Below the pieces are notes generated by a model. The model made no database searches. It saw nothing but the letters and a program-made list of their open reading frames with translations, and was not told where the DNA came from. A stretch of 64,000 nt of DNA. It comes from Naegleria gruberi. Its lineage: Eukaryota. Below are positions 11,649 to 22,534 of this stretch, one piece after another; the first letter of the stretch is position 1, and the number at the start of each line of letters is the position of its first letter. The stretch is taken from NCBI GenBank assembly GCA_000004985.1, contig GG738873.1; one strand, given 5' to 3'. The position numbers were made by a program, and so were the translations under genes.

Positions 11649-11718
11649 CACTTAAACGCTGAACCGAAACTTACTGGTTGTAGACCTCGTCTCTCAGGTC
11701 TTTACGATACAAGAGAAT

Positions 11719-12211
11719 GAGAGCATTTTATCTCTAAACACAAATAAAAATTAATTGCACAGATTTAAAAATTTGTGATTTGTGTTTGTGTAGACAGACC
11801 ATTTTATCTTGAAAACACAAAAGTATTTTATTAAAATAATAAATTATTGTGGTCTTGAATCTTAGGTTGTTTTCTATGAATCTAGTAGTAAAAGTTCATT
11901 CGTCGTTGATCTTGAAATATGTGATCCGATATCAATATTGTTGTTGCAAGAATTGGACATGAATCGGGTTCTAATGGTTGCTGATTTCTTCTCCCGTTTG
12001 ATGAAGGAGAAGTTTAATACATTTTTTATTAATTAAATATTAAAAAATGTAAGAATGGAATAATTTTAAATAAAAATATGTATTTGTGCAAGATAAAATG
12101 GCCTGTCTACACAAACACAAACACAAATTTGTGAAAATATTTTAGCACAATTTAGCACAAATATTCATGTGTAATTAATTTTTTATTTGTGAATAGTGAT
12201 AAAATGCTCTC
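11719..12211. mobile_element. foldback/MITE-like element with ~115-bp terminal inverted repeats
   Basis: Left arm 11719–~11833 is the reverse complement of right arm ~12077–12211. Both begin gagagcattttatc, followed by cacaaataaaaattaatt and gtgtttgtgtagacag(a/g)ccattttatcttg. The internal ~240 bp is AT-rich and non-coding. Confidence 0.75.
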
Positions 12212-12261
12212 AATAAATATAACAATTTATTTTTTATTTAATAAATATTACAATTTATTTT

Positions 12262-15200
12262 TTATTTTACCATGATTGTCAATGTATCTGCAATTAAACT
12301 TGTTGACAAGTAGGTATTGTATCCAATAGTTTCTTTTGTATATCTAATGGCATATCCATATGGGAAATAAGTCCAATTATTGCCATTGCACCCATCAGAG
12401 GAGTGAATTACACTGAGCCAATCTCTTTCACTACCACAACCACCAAAACCATATTGAATTATGAAATGCCTTGGAGTTATTGAAGGACCAGTCAATTGCA
12501 TGGTAAAAGCAGTATAGCTATTAACATAAGAGCTTAATCCGTAAGAGGAAGATTGTATTTTCTGAGGTGTAAACCAATTTTTGAAATCAGTACCTGCTAC
12601 GTTGAATAGAATATAGTGTTGCATTGCTGAGTCCTTGTTAATTTCGATCTTTACAGTACCAAACGAACTCCAATAATTCAAGAGGTCACCTATTAATACT
12701 GTATCTGGAGTATACTTGTCCAATGTTCCCCTAATATTGATCTTTGAATTCCAAACATCTGCAGGTCCATATGGTTGACCAGTTGCAATCTTATTAACAA
12801 GTGTGTAACCACCTCCATCAGTGGTCATGTCACAATACACGTTGAACGGAGCTACTGATGGATCTGGTTGGATAGTATAAACACCATCACCAACATTACC
12901 ACCATAGACTCTGCTAGAGTTTGTTGGGTATCTATAATCTTGGCACGTTCTGGCATAGGTAAAATCAGCAAATTTCCTTCCTTCACCACATCCAACTATA
13001 CCAACAATTGAACAGGAAGGTCCATAACGAGAAGGCCCACAAAAACATTGTCCATCAACGCAAACTCCTGCATAGTTGCAAGTAACACCAAGATTAGGAG
13101 CAGAGAAGCAATAAAGCTTTCCAGTTGGTACGTTATTGTCTGATGATAGACAGTAACTATACACCGAGCCATCTGTACTCCAGATAGAAACATTACTAGT
13201 GGATATATACTCATTGCTCCAGTAACTGTTGCTATACATTCGGGATGGTATTGAATTAGAATAGTTCGTATTCCAATACAACGACAAAGGAATGGTATAG
13301 ATGTCATGTCTTGAGAAACTGGAGGTTTCTTGCTCACAGAATACAGCTAGTGGAGGAAATCCTAATGATCCTTGAATAAGATAAAGACCTCTACCTGTCA
13401 TACCTTGATATGTTTTTGAAGAATTTGTTGGATTACTATATTCTGCACAGTTCTTGGCAAATGTTCCATCTGCATATCTTCTTAATCCATTAATAGAAAC
13501 AACACCCACCAATTCACAGAATTTACCAAAATGGCCATATTCACATTGGCATGTATCATAATCCACACAAACTCCTTTGGAGGAGCAAACAGATTTGCTG
13601 GATGCTTGAAAATTGTTACAATATACGCAGAAAAATGGGTTTTGCTTGCACCATTCTGAGGTTCTGTTTTCCCCATCATATACAGCCATCCATGACCCAA
13701 CTGGATCTTCCTTTTCTGCAACGGCAAAATATGGACCAGCGTTGCCATCGGTTGTGTTGGATCCACCGTAAATATATATATAACCACCTTGGGAGGATAT
13801 TATTCCTGAACTTGTCATATAGTATGGAAGTAAACCAAATGTCATTTCCCACTTCAATGGATTTTCTGTAGTAGCTCTAAAAATGTTGAATGAAGATGAC
13901 TCAAATGTTGTGGAACCACCAAATAGATAAATGTAATCACCAACAACTTCAATAAATGCAGAATACAATGGCACAGGAATGACAGAACCATTTACAATCT
14001 CGAATTGTGTAATATTTGACAATGGAGCCCTCATGATAGTGTCTAATATAACTGGAGTGAAGCTTGGGACATTGGAAGGGTCCTCAATATCTGTCAGTGG
14101 TCTATAACTGAATATTCTAGAAATGCCACCAAATATATAAACATAATCACCAGATTGCATTATCATACCCGATGCAACAGGGACTGGGAGAGAAAATGGA
14201 GTCTTTTCCCATTGTTTCAAATCATATAGAGGACATTTGTAAATTGCATTTGACACGTTATTGTTAACAATTCCCCCAAACAAGTACATTTCCTCATTGT
14301 GTTTGAAAAAGTGAGAGTTATGAATTGAATCTGGGAATCCCTCATTTGATGTGATATTATACTCTATCATCGACCAAACATTTTCATTTTTAGAGATGTT
14401 TCTAGTGTACATGCTGAATCCATTATTTACAAGTGATGGCACTGTGTCATCAGCTTTTAACAAATAACCAATCTCACCCAAATCAAAGTAAGTCATCTTC
14501 CTCATATACCATGGCAAGGTCATGGTGACATGATTATTCATTCTAACAAACTTTCCACTTGGACTAAGAGAATAAATTTTAGAGATTGGCGTTCCGGTCC
14601 AATGGTATGGTTTTGTGTCATAGCAAGAACTTCCAGCAAATATTTCAATATTAGAACAATAACCCACAGCCATAACTGTCCCATCTGCTAGGAATAAATA
14701 ACTATTATCTTCATTACTAGTTATGTCAACCACTGGTTGGAATGAATAATAGACTTTGGTAGGAACAAGAACATTGGAATTAGTTAAGCCAGTACCTGTC
14801 TGACCAGCGTCACTCTTACCCCAAGAATATAGAGTTCTATCTTTGCAATAAACAAAATTATGGAAAGCTTTCGTGTGTATCATTGTGGCAAAACAAGTAG
14901 TGTTTGGTCCAAATTGAGATAAAATCTTTGGAAGTAATCTGTTAGTGGTTGAGTTATCTCCAACTTGGTAATAATTATTAAGACCCCATGAATAGACTCT
15001 TCCACTTGTAGTTAGAATCAAGTTGTGTCCATATCCGCATTGAATATCAGTAATTGTTTCATTGATATGTTTTGTTATAACTTCAATAGGTTCTCCTTGA
15101 GATACATTGTTATTAGTACCAAGTTGTCCCCATCCATTGTAACCCATTGAATACAGTCTATTGGTATTCGACAATACAAGTGCATGCTTAAAACCAGCAC

Positions 15201-16286
15201 AAACCCTAACCATAGTTTGATTCATTAAGGCTGCATACCTGTAAACAGAAAAAGGCCTGTTTTTTTCATCCCAAGTTCTATCCCCCAGTTGACCTTGATC
15301 GTTAGCACCCCAGCTCCATAGTTTTCCTGATGAATCAATTGCGTAGGCTGAAAAATATCCTAGTGCGATTTGCTCAATTTTTGCACCTCTAAATCCATTT
15401 ACAAATGTTGGGACAAACTTTGTTTTGGTTCCTCCGGTAGCCAATTGTGAACGTTCATTTAACCCAAAAGCAAAAACTCCCTTGTTTGTGAGAATAAGGT
15501 TGGAAAATTGATTTGCCTCGATTTGAAGAATATCCAATCCATCTAAAAGTTCAACAGGAGCATTATATATTAATCTAGTATCATTGGTTAGATGAATTCT
15601 TCCAAGATTACCATTTTCAAAAACTCCAGTTGAGTACAATTTACCGTTGGGCATTAAAATTAATACATGTTTTAACCCAGCACTAATTCTATTTCTAATT
15701 CTTTTAATCGGCAGTCTTGTGTCAAATCTTTCGTAAACCCCTCTTTTACAATTGACAGTAAAATGATCTTGGTTTGTTTCATTTAAATTTGTTTCTCTAA
15801 AATACAATTCTTCACCATAGTCTTCTACGGTGTAATTCTTAACAATTTCAGTTTTTTTCGAAGTCAATTCATACTTACATTCATGACATCAGAAGATTTT
15901 CTTCCCAAATCCTCGATACTGTTTAATCCCAATGAAAGAATATATGAATTTTCCAGTTCCCAACTCAATACCTTTGCAACATTTTGATTGTTTTTGGAAA
16001 CCATAGATTCGAAAATAGTCTTATTGATATTAAGTTGTTCCAGGATTGGAGCTGCTAAATTCAATGCGTCCTCCTTGTCAATAGCTATTGGCTTGGCTCT
16101 ACTGCTGACAAATTTGTCGCGCTCCTCCTGAAGATTGGTCATAACGTTGATAAAACTCTTTTGTTTATCCTTCCAACTTTTAACCAAGGACATTTCATAT
16201 TGTTGTTCCTGATTGTTGATGTCGATATATCCACTTATCTCAACCGTATCATATATTAAAAGTACTAGTGGTAAAGTTGTCATCAT
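12262..16286 (-). CDS. paralog A of the secreted RCC1-repeat/Kelch-repeat/EGF-like/fibrinogen-related (FReD) family; exons 15879–16286 and 12262–15837 (41-nt intron 15838–15878)
   Basis: Exon 1 encodes a hydrophobic N-terminus (MMTTLPLVLLIY) and a ~110-aa helical module, ending ...DVMN before GTAAGT. Exon 2 has RCC1 signatures (GKLWSWGANDQGQLGD), Kelch-type YLFGG/YIFGG blades, Cys-rich EGF-like segments and two FReD-like modules (NCAEYSNPTNSSKTYQG...; VYCDMTTDGGGYTLV). Confidence 0.75.
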
Positions 16287-16497
16287 CCTATTAATGTTCT
16301 GATCACCTACATGTAATGGTTATAAACAATATTTTCATCATTTTAGAATAGCAACTACTTGTGGGAGATGATAGAGAGTCACTTTTCACAGTCTTCTCTC
16401 CACTCATTTTCTCTTTTTTTTTAAGATTACTGTGCCTTTACGGTAATGTATGGCGATTTTACAGTTTTTTAACAGTATATTTAGCGCAAAGAGTTTA

Positions 16498-18113
16498 TTA
16501 CAGATCTAGCTTTCTTCTTACAGAACGCTCATCTTCAACCTCGTTGACTTCTCCTGTTTCATCATCATCAAACAATCCACCACTGCCTGGAGGTAGAATT
16601 TCAGAACCAGATGGTGTAGAAATTCCAGATTCATTAAAACTTCTCTTTTGAGTAATACTTGACATGGATGATAAATTTGAAGCTGGTGAAATTAATAATT
16701 TACCATGTTGTTGTGGAGTACATGTTGCTTCTCCCATCATTTCATCATTCGAAACCATGCTAATATTATTTACACTACCAAGAGAATCTCTCCCTCTGAA
16801 AATACTATTTGGTCCCACTAAACTCATCATTGAGTAAGATGAAAGACCACTTGTATTTCCTGGACTGTCTTCAAAGTTTAAAACCTTACTGACAGAATTT
16901 GTAATTCTGTGATGAATTTCTTCTCCATACATTTTTGTGTGAGATTCATAATCTCTTCTCTCTTGTTCGTCATGGTTGATTGCAAGACGTTGATAAGAAT
17001 CCATGGCATGTTTTCTCTTTGGAACAGGAAGGTTAAGTTTAGGAGTTGGTTGAACACCACGAGTAAAGTAAGGATGATTAAGAGCTTGTTCAGCTGTGAT
17101 TCTCTTCTTTGGATCAAAAACAAGCATCTTACTAATTAAATCAATAGCATCACGACTGGCAGCAGTAAAGAGAGCATGGAATTCAGTCTTTTGGAATGGC
17201 TCAAATTCAATATAATTAGGTAATAATTTCATTCCAGGCCATTCTTCCTCAGAAGGTGTTCCCAAACAAGCAAATATCTTTCCCAATTGATCAATATCAG
17301 AATCTCCAGGGAAAAGAGGAGCACGTAACATGAGCTCAGCAAATATGCACCCAATACTCCACATGTCCACACTTGGACCATATAACTCAGCTCCAAATAA
17401 TAATTCTGGAGCTCTGTACCATCTGGTAACACATTGTGGAGAGTATCTCTTATCTGGTGAGCCATATATTTTAGCAAGACCCTTTTTTTAGATAATTTGA
17501 ATGTCTAATGTGCATTGTATTCCTCAATACTTACAAAGTCAGCAAGCTTTAGCTCTACTTCATTGGTTTCTTCGTTTTTCCACAAGAATAGATTGGAAGG
17601 TTTCAAGTCACGGTGGAGTACCCAATTTTTGTGACAATAGTCTACTGCTTCCAAAATCATTTTCATATATTGTTTAATGTCAGTTTCATGTAAAACTATA
17701 GTCTTTTCCTTTATAACTTGTTCCAGATCGCCAAAGCCACAATATTCAAAAACTAAATTAATATTCTTCTTATTCACAAATACATCCAATAAATTTAAAA
17801 TATTTTGATGTTTAATTTCTTGGAGTGATTTAACTTCACGGATAGCAGAAAATGAAACACCTTCTTCAATACCTCGGGCAGAATCAGATGAAAGTGATCC
17901 GAGCTTTATCTTTTTGATGGCTACTGTTTGATTTGTTTCAAGATCTTTTAAAATCGTTATTAAATTATAAATATACAATAATAATTTGTAGTTGTTGTTA
18001 TAGTTACACATACCTTTACACTTGTAAACAATACCGAAAGTACCCTCTCCGATAAAACAAATTCTTTCATACCTTCGTGCTCTTTGATTAGCGGCAAGTA
18101 AATAGTCAAGCAT
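16498..18113 (-). CDS. CDK7: CDK7/MO15-like cyclin-dependent kinase; exons 18014–18113, 17535–17944, 16498–17481
   Basis: GEGTFGIVYKCK...AIKKIKLG, HRDLKPSNLF, DFGLAK (spliced across the 53-nt intron), WYRAPELLFGAELYG and GDSDIDQLGKIF...PSEEEWPGM all match CDK7. Both introns have GT..AG boundaries. There is a ~170-aa Ser-rich C-terminal extension. Confidence 0.8.
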
Positions 18114-18176
18114 TTTTTTTGGCTTGTTTTTGAATATTTTATATTGAAACGATATGATTTGGCGCCAACTAGTTTA

Positions 18177-20354
18177 TTATTTATTCAATAAATTTTCCAA
18201 AAGATTAATAATCTCTGAAAAGTGAGTATTGTTCATGCACCCTGGATCATTCATTTGTTTCTTTAACAAATCCAAAACATTTACCTTATTTTCATCTTTA
18301 AGCATTATCCAAAGTGGAGAGTCGGGCGAATCATCGATATGAGAATTGAATTCCTCAATTAAAAATAAAGCACTTTCAAAATCCTTATCATTAACACATG
18401 AAAAGAGTAAAGACCTCATATTTTGATTCTGTATAAAGGACAATTTGACAAGCAATTTGGAATAATGTTGAGGAACCTGATACTTTTCAAATCTTTGTTT
18501 CATGAATTTAATTACCTGAGGGAGAAGTGCTGTATTATTCTCAACTCTACCAACCAAGTAAGTGAAAGGTAAATTATTGAATGAATCCATTTTGAGAGCA
18601 TTAGCTCCATGTCTTATTAGGAACAAAATTGATGCCAGTGGCAATTCTATACAAGTCTTGTGGAAAAATGGTATATTACCAGAGGTTTGTTTGTTGTGAT
18701 CGAAAGGGCATTCGTTGATATCTAATCCATATTCTAGTAGATTACGGCAAATTGATAGCTTTCCCTGTTTTAGAGATTCGAAAAAAACATCTATTACTGT
18801 TGGAATTTCCTCATTTGTTGTCGAAAAATCCAACGAAATTTGTTGAGTAAGGCACTTGTGGAATTTTTTCTTCATATCTTGGAAACGAGGTTTTCCCAAA
18901 AGATAACATTTGGAAAAAGTCTCTCCAAATGTCCATTTCCACAAAAACTCACAAATTTGTTTACAAGTCTCACCCTTCTTTTTGTCATCGAGAGTTATTG
19001 GGCTGTTTGCATCTTCGAGCAAAATGTAAAAGAGTGGTGTAAACCTTCTAGAATCTCGTTGTAACAAGAGTTCTGGGCACTCCTTGTACAAAAACTTGAG
19101 GGTATCAATTTGACCAAACTTTGCAGCAATATGCATGAGAGTACAATTATAATAATTTGAAAATGAAATACATCTTAGGAAGCATCTAAATTCTTGTCGT
19201 TGTCTGATAACATTGTTAAATCTCTCGTGAAGAAGGCTTTTCAATTGAATGAGGGTTGATTGGTCATTATTTACAGTAGAGAGGCAAGAAATTAAAAGTG
19301 ATTTCCATTCTTCAGAATTCATATGTACAGTGCTTGGGATATTTACAATGGTAGAGGATTGTTGATTGGAAGTTTGTGAGGAAAAAAGAGGAGCAGTGGC
19401 TATATTTGAGTGTCTTCTCAAGTAGTACGCTCTGGAATTGAGGGTATCTGTTGTTTCCTTATTGTGTTGCTCAGACCCAAATGTGAAAGAGCTACAAGCT
19501 AAAGAGGCGAAACTTTGGGCCTCATCAGTTGCTTCAAGGGAACTGACAGTGCTCGAGAAGGAAGACAGAAAGAGTGAATTTGAAAGCGAAGTAGGTGTTT
19601 GTTCATCAGAACTCAGTACTGAACTGTTAGTCATTGTTGTTGATGTTGAGGTGTTGAGTATCAAGGAACTGTCATCCTCCTCTGTGTAATCATTATCAAA
19701 ACTATCAGAGGTTGAGGTTTCAATAATGGTATTAACTGTGGAGGAAGCAGGTGCATTTTCCAGCTCTTCGAATGCCTTCTCTATGGAACGAATATTGTTG
19801 GTAATGCGTGTTGGGGTGGTAGGGAAGTTGGTTGTCTGTTTTTCAAATTCATTCTCATCATCTGTTGTTATTTCACTCGTAAAGTAATTTGGTTTAATGG
19901 CTTTTGGTTTGATAGGTTCATCCTGTTGTTGTTGTTGCAATTCCTTCTTCTTTGGTCTGTGAGAGAAAATATCCTGATCAAACATAATATCTGACTCACT
20001 AACACAAGAGGAAAATAAAGGCGAGCTTTTAGTTTTACCGAAGAGAGTTCTACTTCGCAAAAAGCCACCACTCTTCTTTTCCAATGATTGATCTGGTGAT
20101 GATACGATTATTGGAATGTTGGATTTTTCTTGTTGTTGGGAAGAAACAGCTGGATCACTATCACTACAAATACTGGTATTACATGATGATTTGCCTATAG
20201 GAAATGTTGATGGAGCAATACTTGCTCTCCTCGTTGATGAAGGAGGTGATGTTGTTGAAGTGTTATTGTTATTACACAAATAGGTGCCACTCCCAAAGTT
20301 ACTCCTCCTAGGAAGAAGAATTCTGTTTGGAGTTGTTGGTGTTGTTGAACTCAT
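18177..20354 (-). CDS. ankyrin-repeat protein with long low-complexity S/T/N-rich N-terminal half
   Basis: 725-aa single ORF. The C-terminal half has ANK-like repeats (CTLMHIAAKFGQIDTLKFLYK; LIRHGANALKMD). Confidence 0.55.
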   Translation of the reverse strand: MSSTTPTTPNRILLPRRSNFGSGTYLCNNNNTSTTSPPSSTRRASIAPSTFPIGKSSCNTSICSDSDPAVSSQQQEKSNIPIIVSSPDQSLEKKSGGFLRSRTLFGKTKSSPLFSSCVSESDIMFDQDIFSHRPKKKELQQQQQDEPIKPKAIKPNYFTSEITTDDENEFEKQTTNFPTTPTRITNNIRSIEKAFEELENAPASSTVNTIIETSTSDSFDNDYTEEDDSSLILNTSTSTTMTNSSVLSSDEQTPTSLSNSLFLSSFSSTVSSLEATDEAQSFASLACSSFTFGSEQHNKETTDTLNSRAYYLRRHSNIATAPLFSSQTSNQQSSTIVNIPSTVHMNSEEWKSLLISCLSTVNNDQSTLIQLKSLLHERFNNVIRQRQEFRCFLRCISFSNYYNCTLMHIAAKFGQIDTLKFLYKECPELLLQRDSRRFTPLFYILLEDANSPITLDDKKKGETCKQICEFLWKWTFGETFSKCYLLGKPRFQDMKKKFHKCLTQQISLDFSTTNEEIPTVIDVFFESLKQGKLSICRNLLEYGLDINECPFDHNKQTSGNIPFFHKTCIELPLASILFLIRHGANALKMDSFNNLPFTYLVGRVENNTALLPQVIKFMKQRFEKYQVPQHYSKLLVKLSFIQNQNMRSLLFSCVNDKDFESALFLIEEFNSHIDDSPDSPLWIMLKDENKVNVLDLLKKQMNDPGCMNNTHFSEIINLLENLLNK

Positions 20355-20857
20355 AAATCCAATTATTAATATTCGTCTCGAAGAGCAAAAAGAAAGATTT
20401 TAGCCTTCAGAGTATTTGAACGCTTTTCTTCAAAGTACGATGGCGACCACAGAGTAAAGTTGTTGAGAAGGGAAGATAAGTGGCGCTGGTGAAGAAGCGG
20501 TGAAAGCCTTTTTTTGCTCTTTTGTGCCTCAAGCCTTATGCAAGGCCTATTGGTGTGAGTTGAATGATTCTTTACAGAGGCGATGATGGATGTGGCTTGC
20601 AGCTCGTTTATACAAAAGCCTGGTAATGATGAGTGTGTGAATTAACCAATAATTTTACATGTATTTCTATCATACAACATTACGTTAACTCTATATTAAA
20701 TTAAATATTAAGAAGGAAACGTGAGAAGTTAATCACATTAGAACGTAACATTGATTCTGCTTACCAATCTATTAATAAATATTAAAAAAATTTGCAATAA
20801 TAACAATTTAAAACTGTAAAAGAGTTTGTCCAAGTCATAACATTCCAACTCCTTTTT

Positions 20858-22397
20858 ATGAATAATAGGTGGTTGCCAACAAACGACGATTCCTCATTCA
20901 TCCCTCTCGATCTACTCTCGTCCTCAATTACAGAGTGTCCACCTCTTCATTCTGAATCAAAAACAGAATCACTAACGACATTAAAAAAGCCAAGCAACAC
21001 CCAAAATTCATACATTCCTAAACGAATTAATTCTAAAGAAACTCGTCATCACCTCGATCATTATTATTATCACCAATTACAACAAGAAATTAGAGAAGAT
21101 CCCGATCAAACAATGAATATATTTTATTATAAACAACAATCGGAAAATCAATCCAATGATCCGAAATTAGCTACCAGAGGATGTAGCGAATTTGATGAAG
21201 TAGTACAACAATCTTCATCCATTGAAGGTGGTTCCAAGAAGGAAATTATAGAAGACAAGGAAAAATCAATTCTATTCTGTGGATTTAATCAGTTAAATAA
21301 TTTATTTGCAGTTGGTACTGAACAAGGTTTCTATGTCTATTCAACAGGTAGTCTACGTGAAAGGACCAAAATGTGTAAGTACTATTATTGGTCAAGAACC
21401 CATTTCTAATTTTAAAAAGTATTTAATGGAGGTATTGGAATTGTTGAAATGTTATTCAAGTCAAAGTAAGTAATTGACATTCAATGGTGGAATATTTAAT
21501 TTAAACAGTATTTTTGCTCTTGTGGGTGGAGGTTCAAAACCAGCCTTTGCACCTGATCGAGTTATTTTATGGGAAGACTCTCAAAAGAAGATTATTTCTG
21601 AAATTTCCACTGGAAACAAACCAATTAAGGCTGTTAAGTTACATAAAAACTTGCTAATTGTTGTACTGGAAGATCAAGTAATTGTCTATGATCATGATAT
21701 TAAGGAAAGAAGCAGAGATTCTACAACTGATAATCCTTATGGTATTTGTGCAATTTCTCCTGATACTGAAAATATTGTATTGGCCTACCCTTCAGTTCAA
21801 GTTGGATATATCACAGTTGATCATTTGACCATTCCAAATAGAAAACTTCATATCAAAGCCCATGAATCAAAAATATCTCAAATAGCACTCAACAAGGATG
21901 GTACTCGTGTAGCAACAGCCAGTGAGAAGGGAACACTAATTAGAGTATTTGATACAACTACCAAACTTTTGGTTAAGGAAGTAAGAAGAGGATCTAAACA
22001 AGCTCACATTTATTCTATTGCTTTTTCAGATGATTCTAATTTCATTTGTTGCTCTTCAGATACAGGTACTATTCACGTTTTTTCTCTTGTGGACAATACT
22101 CAAAATAGAACTTCAAGCTTCTCATTTGTAGGGGGTTATATTGCAAGCATTTTCAATTCAGAATGGAGTTTTGGTGAATATCGAGGAGGAGAAGATGGCC
22201 TTGTTGATATACCAACATTATGTTCATTTGCACCAAGAAAAGAAGAAGAAAAAACAATAGCTATCAATGTTTTAACTGGTAAAGGTGAGGTTGTAATTTT
22301 AACATTTGACGTTTCAGGAGGTCAAACAACCCCAACTAATGTTGAAAAGAAATCATTTGTTTCAAATGAATCTCCAAATAATTCTCCATCTCTTTAA
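20858..22397 (+). CDS. WIPI/Atg18-family PROPPIN (WD40 phosphoinositide-binding); exons 20858–21374, 21420–21465 (46-nt micro-exon), 21509–22397
   Basis: The spliced product reads ...FNGGIGIVEMLFKSNIFALVGGGSKPAFAPDRVILWED. Downstream are WD repeats and the LRRG-type PI3P-binding motif (KEVRRGSKQAHIYSIAFS). Both introns have GTAAGT donors and AG acceptors and phases fit. Confidence 0.8.
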
Positions 22398-22534
22398 AGG
22401 ATGTATTATGAATAAAAGTGTAAATATTAGCATTTTGGATGATTTTATATTTAATTTTATTTTTGAATTTAAAAAAAAAACTAAAACTTTACTGTTTTGT
22501 TGATGGAGTCCTCTAGCAAAGATTATTAGGAGAT

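Larger units (their letters stand above)
8238..11710 (+). mobile_element. RTE-like non-LTR retrotransposon, copy 2 (5' UTR + APE endonuclease + RT, ~3.4 kb, internally deleted)
   Basis: The ORF at 8350 has an N-terminal AP-endonuclease/EEP domain (NIQESHWD, IIMGDLNINT, TRPDHIVSS) and RT motifs (FRPIVVLPI, LLLYADDILVL). A ~119-bp deletion relative to copy 1 (copy 1 7651–7769) shifts the frame at ~10440, and the RT C-terminal part continues as ORF 10380–11648. The 3' boundary is approximate. Confidence 0.8.

Noticed and set aside
12996-13787. Overlapping antisense and alternate-frame ORFs inside large genes (e.g. 12996–13337, 13482–13787, 13551–13871, 35493–35912, 53564–54296)
   Set aside because: They are embedded in well-supported long coding frames on the same or opposite strand. 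Composition and length are typical of chance ORFs in AT-rich sequence
21474-22397. ORF-track entry starting MTFNGGIFNL as an independent gene
   Set aside because: It is exon 3 (plus read-through of an intron and micro-exon) of the WIPI/Atg18 gene. The correct splice via the 46-nt micro-exon restores the conserved IVEMLFKSNIFALVGGG motif
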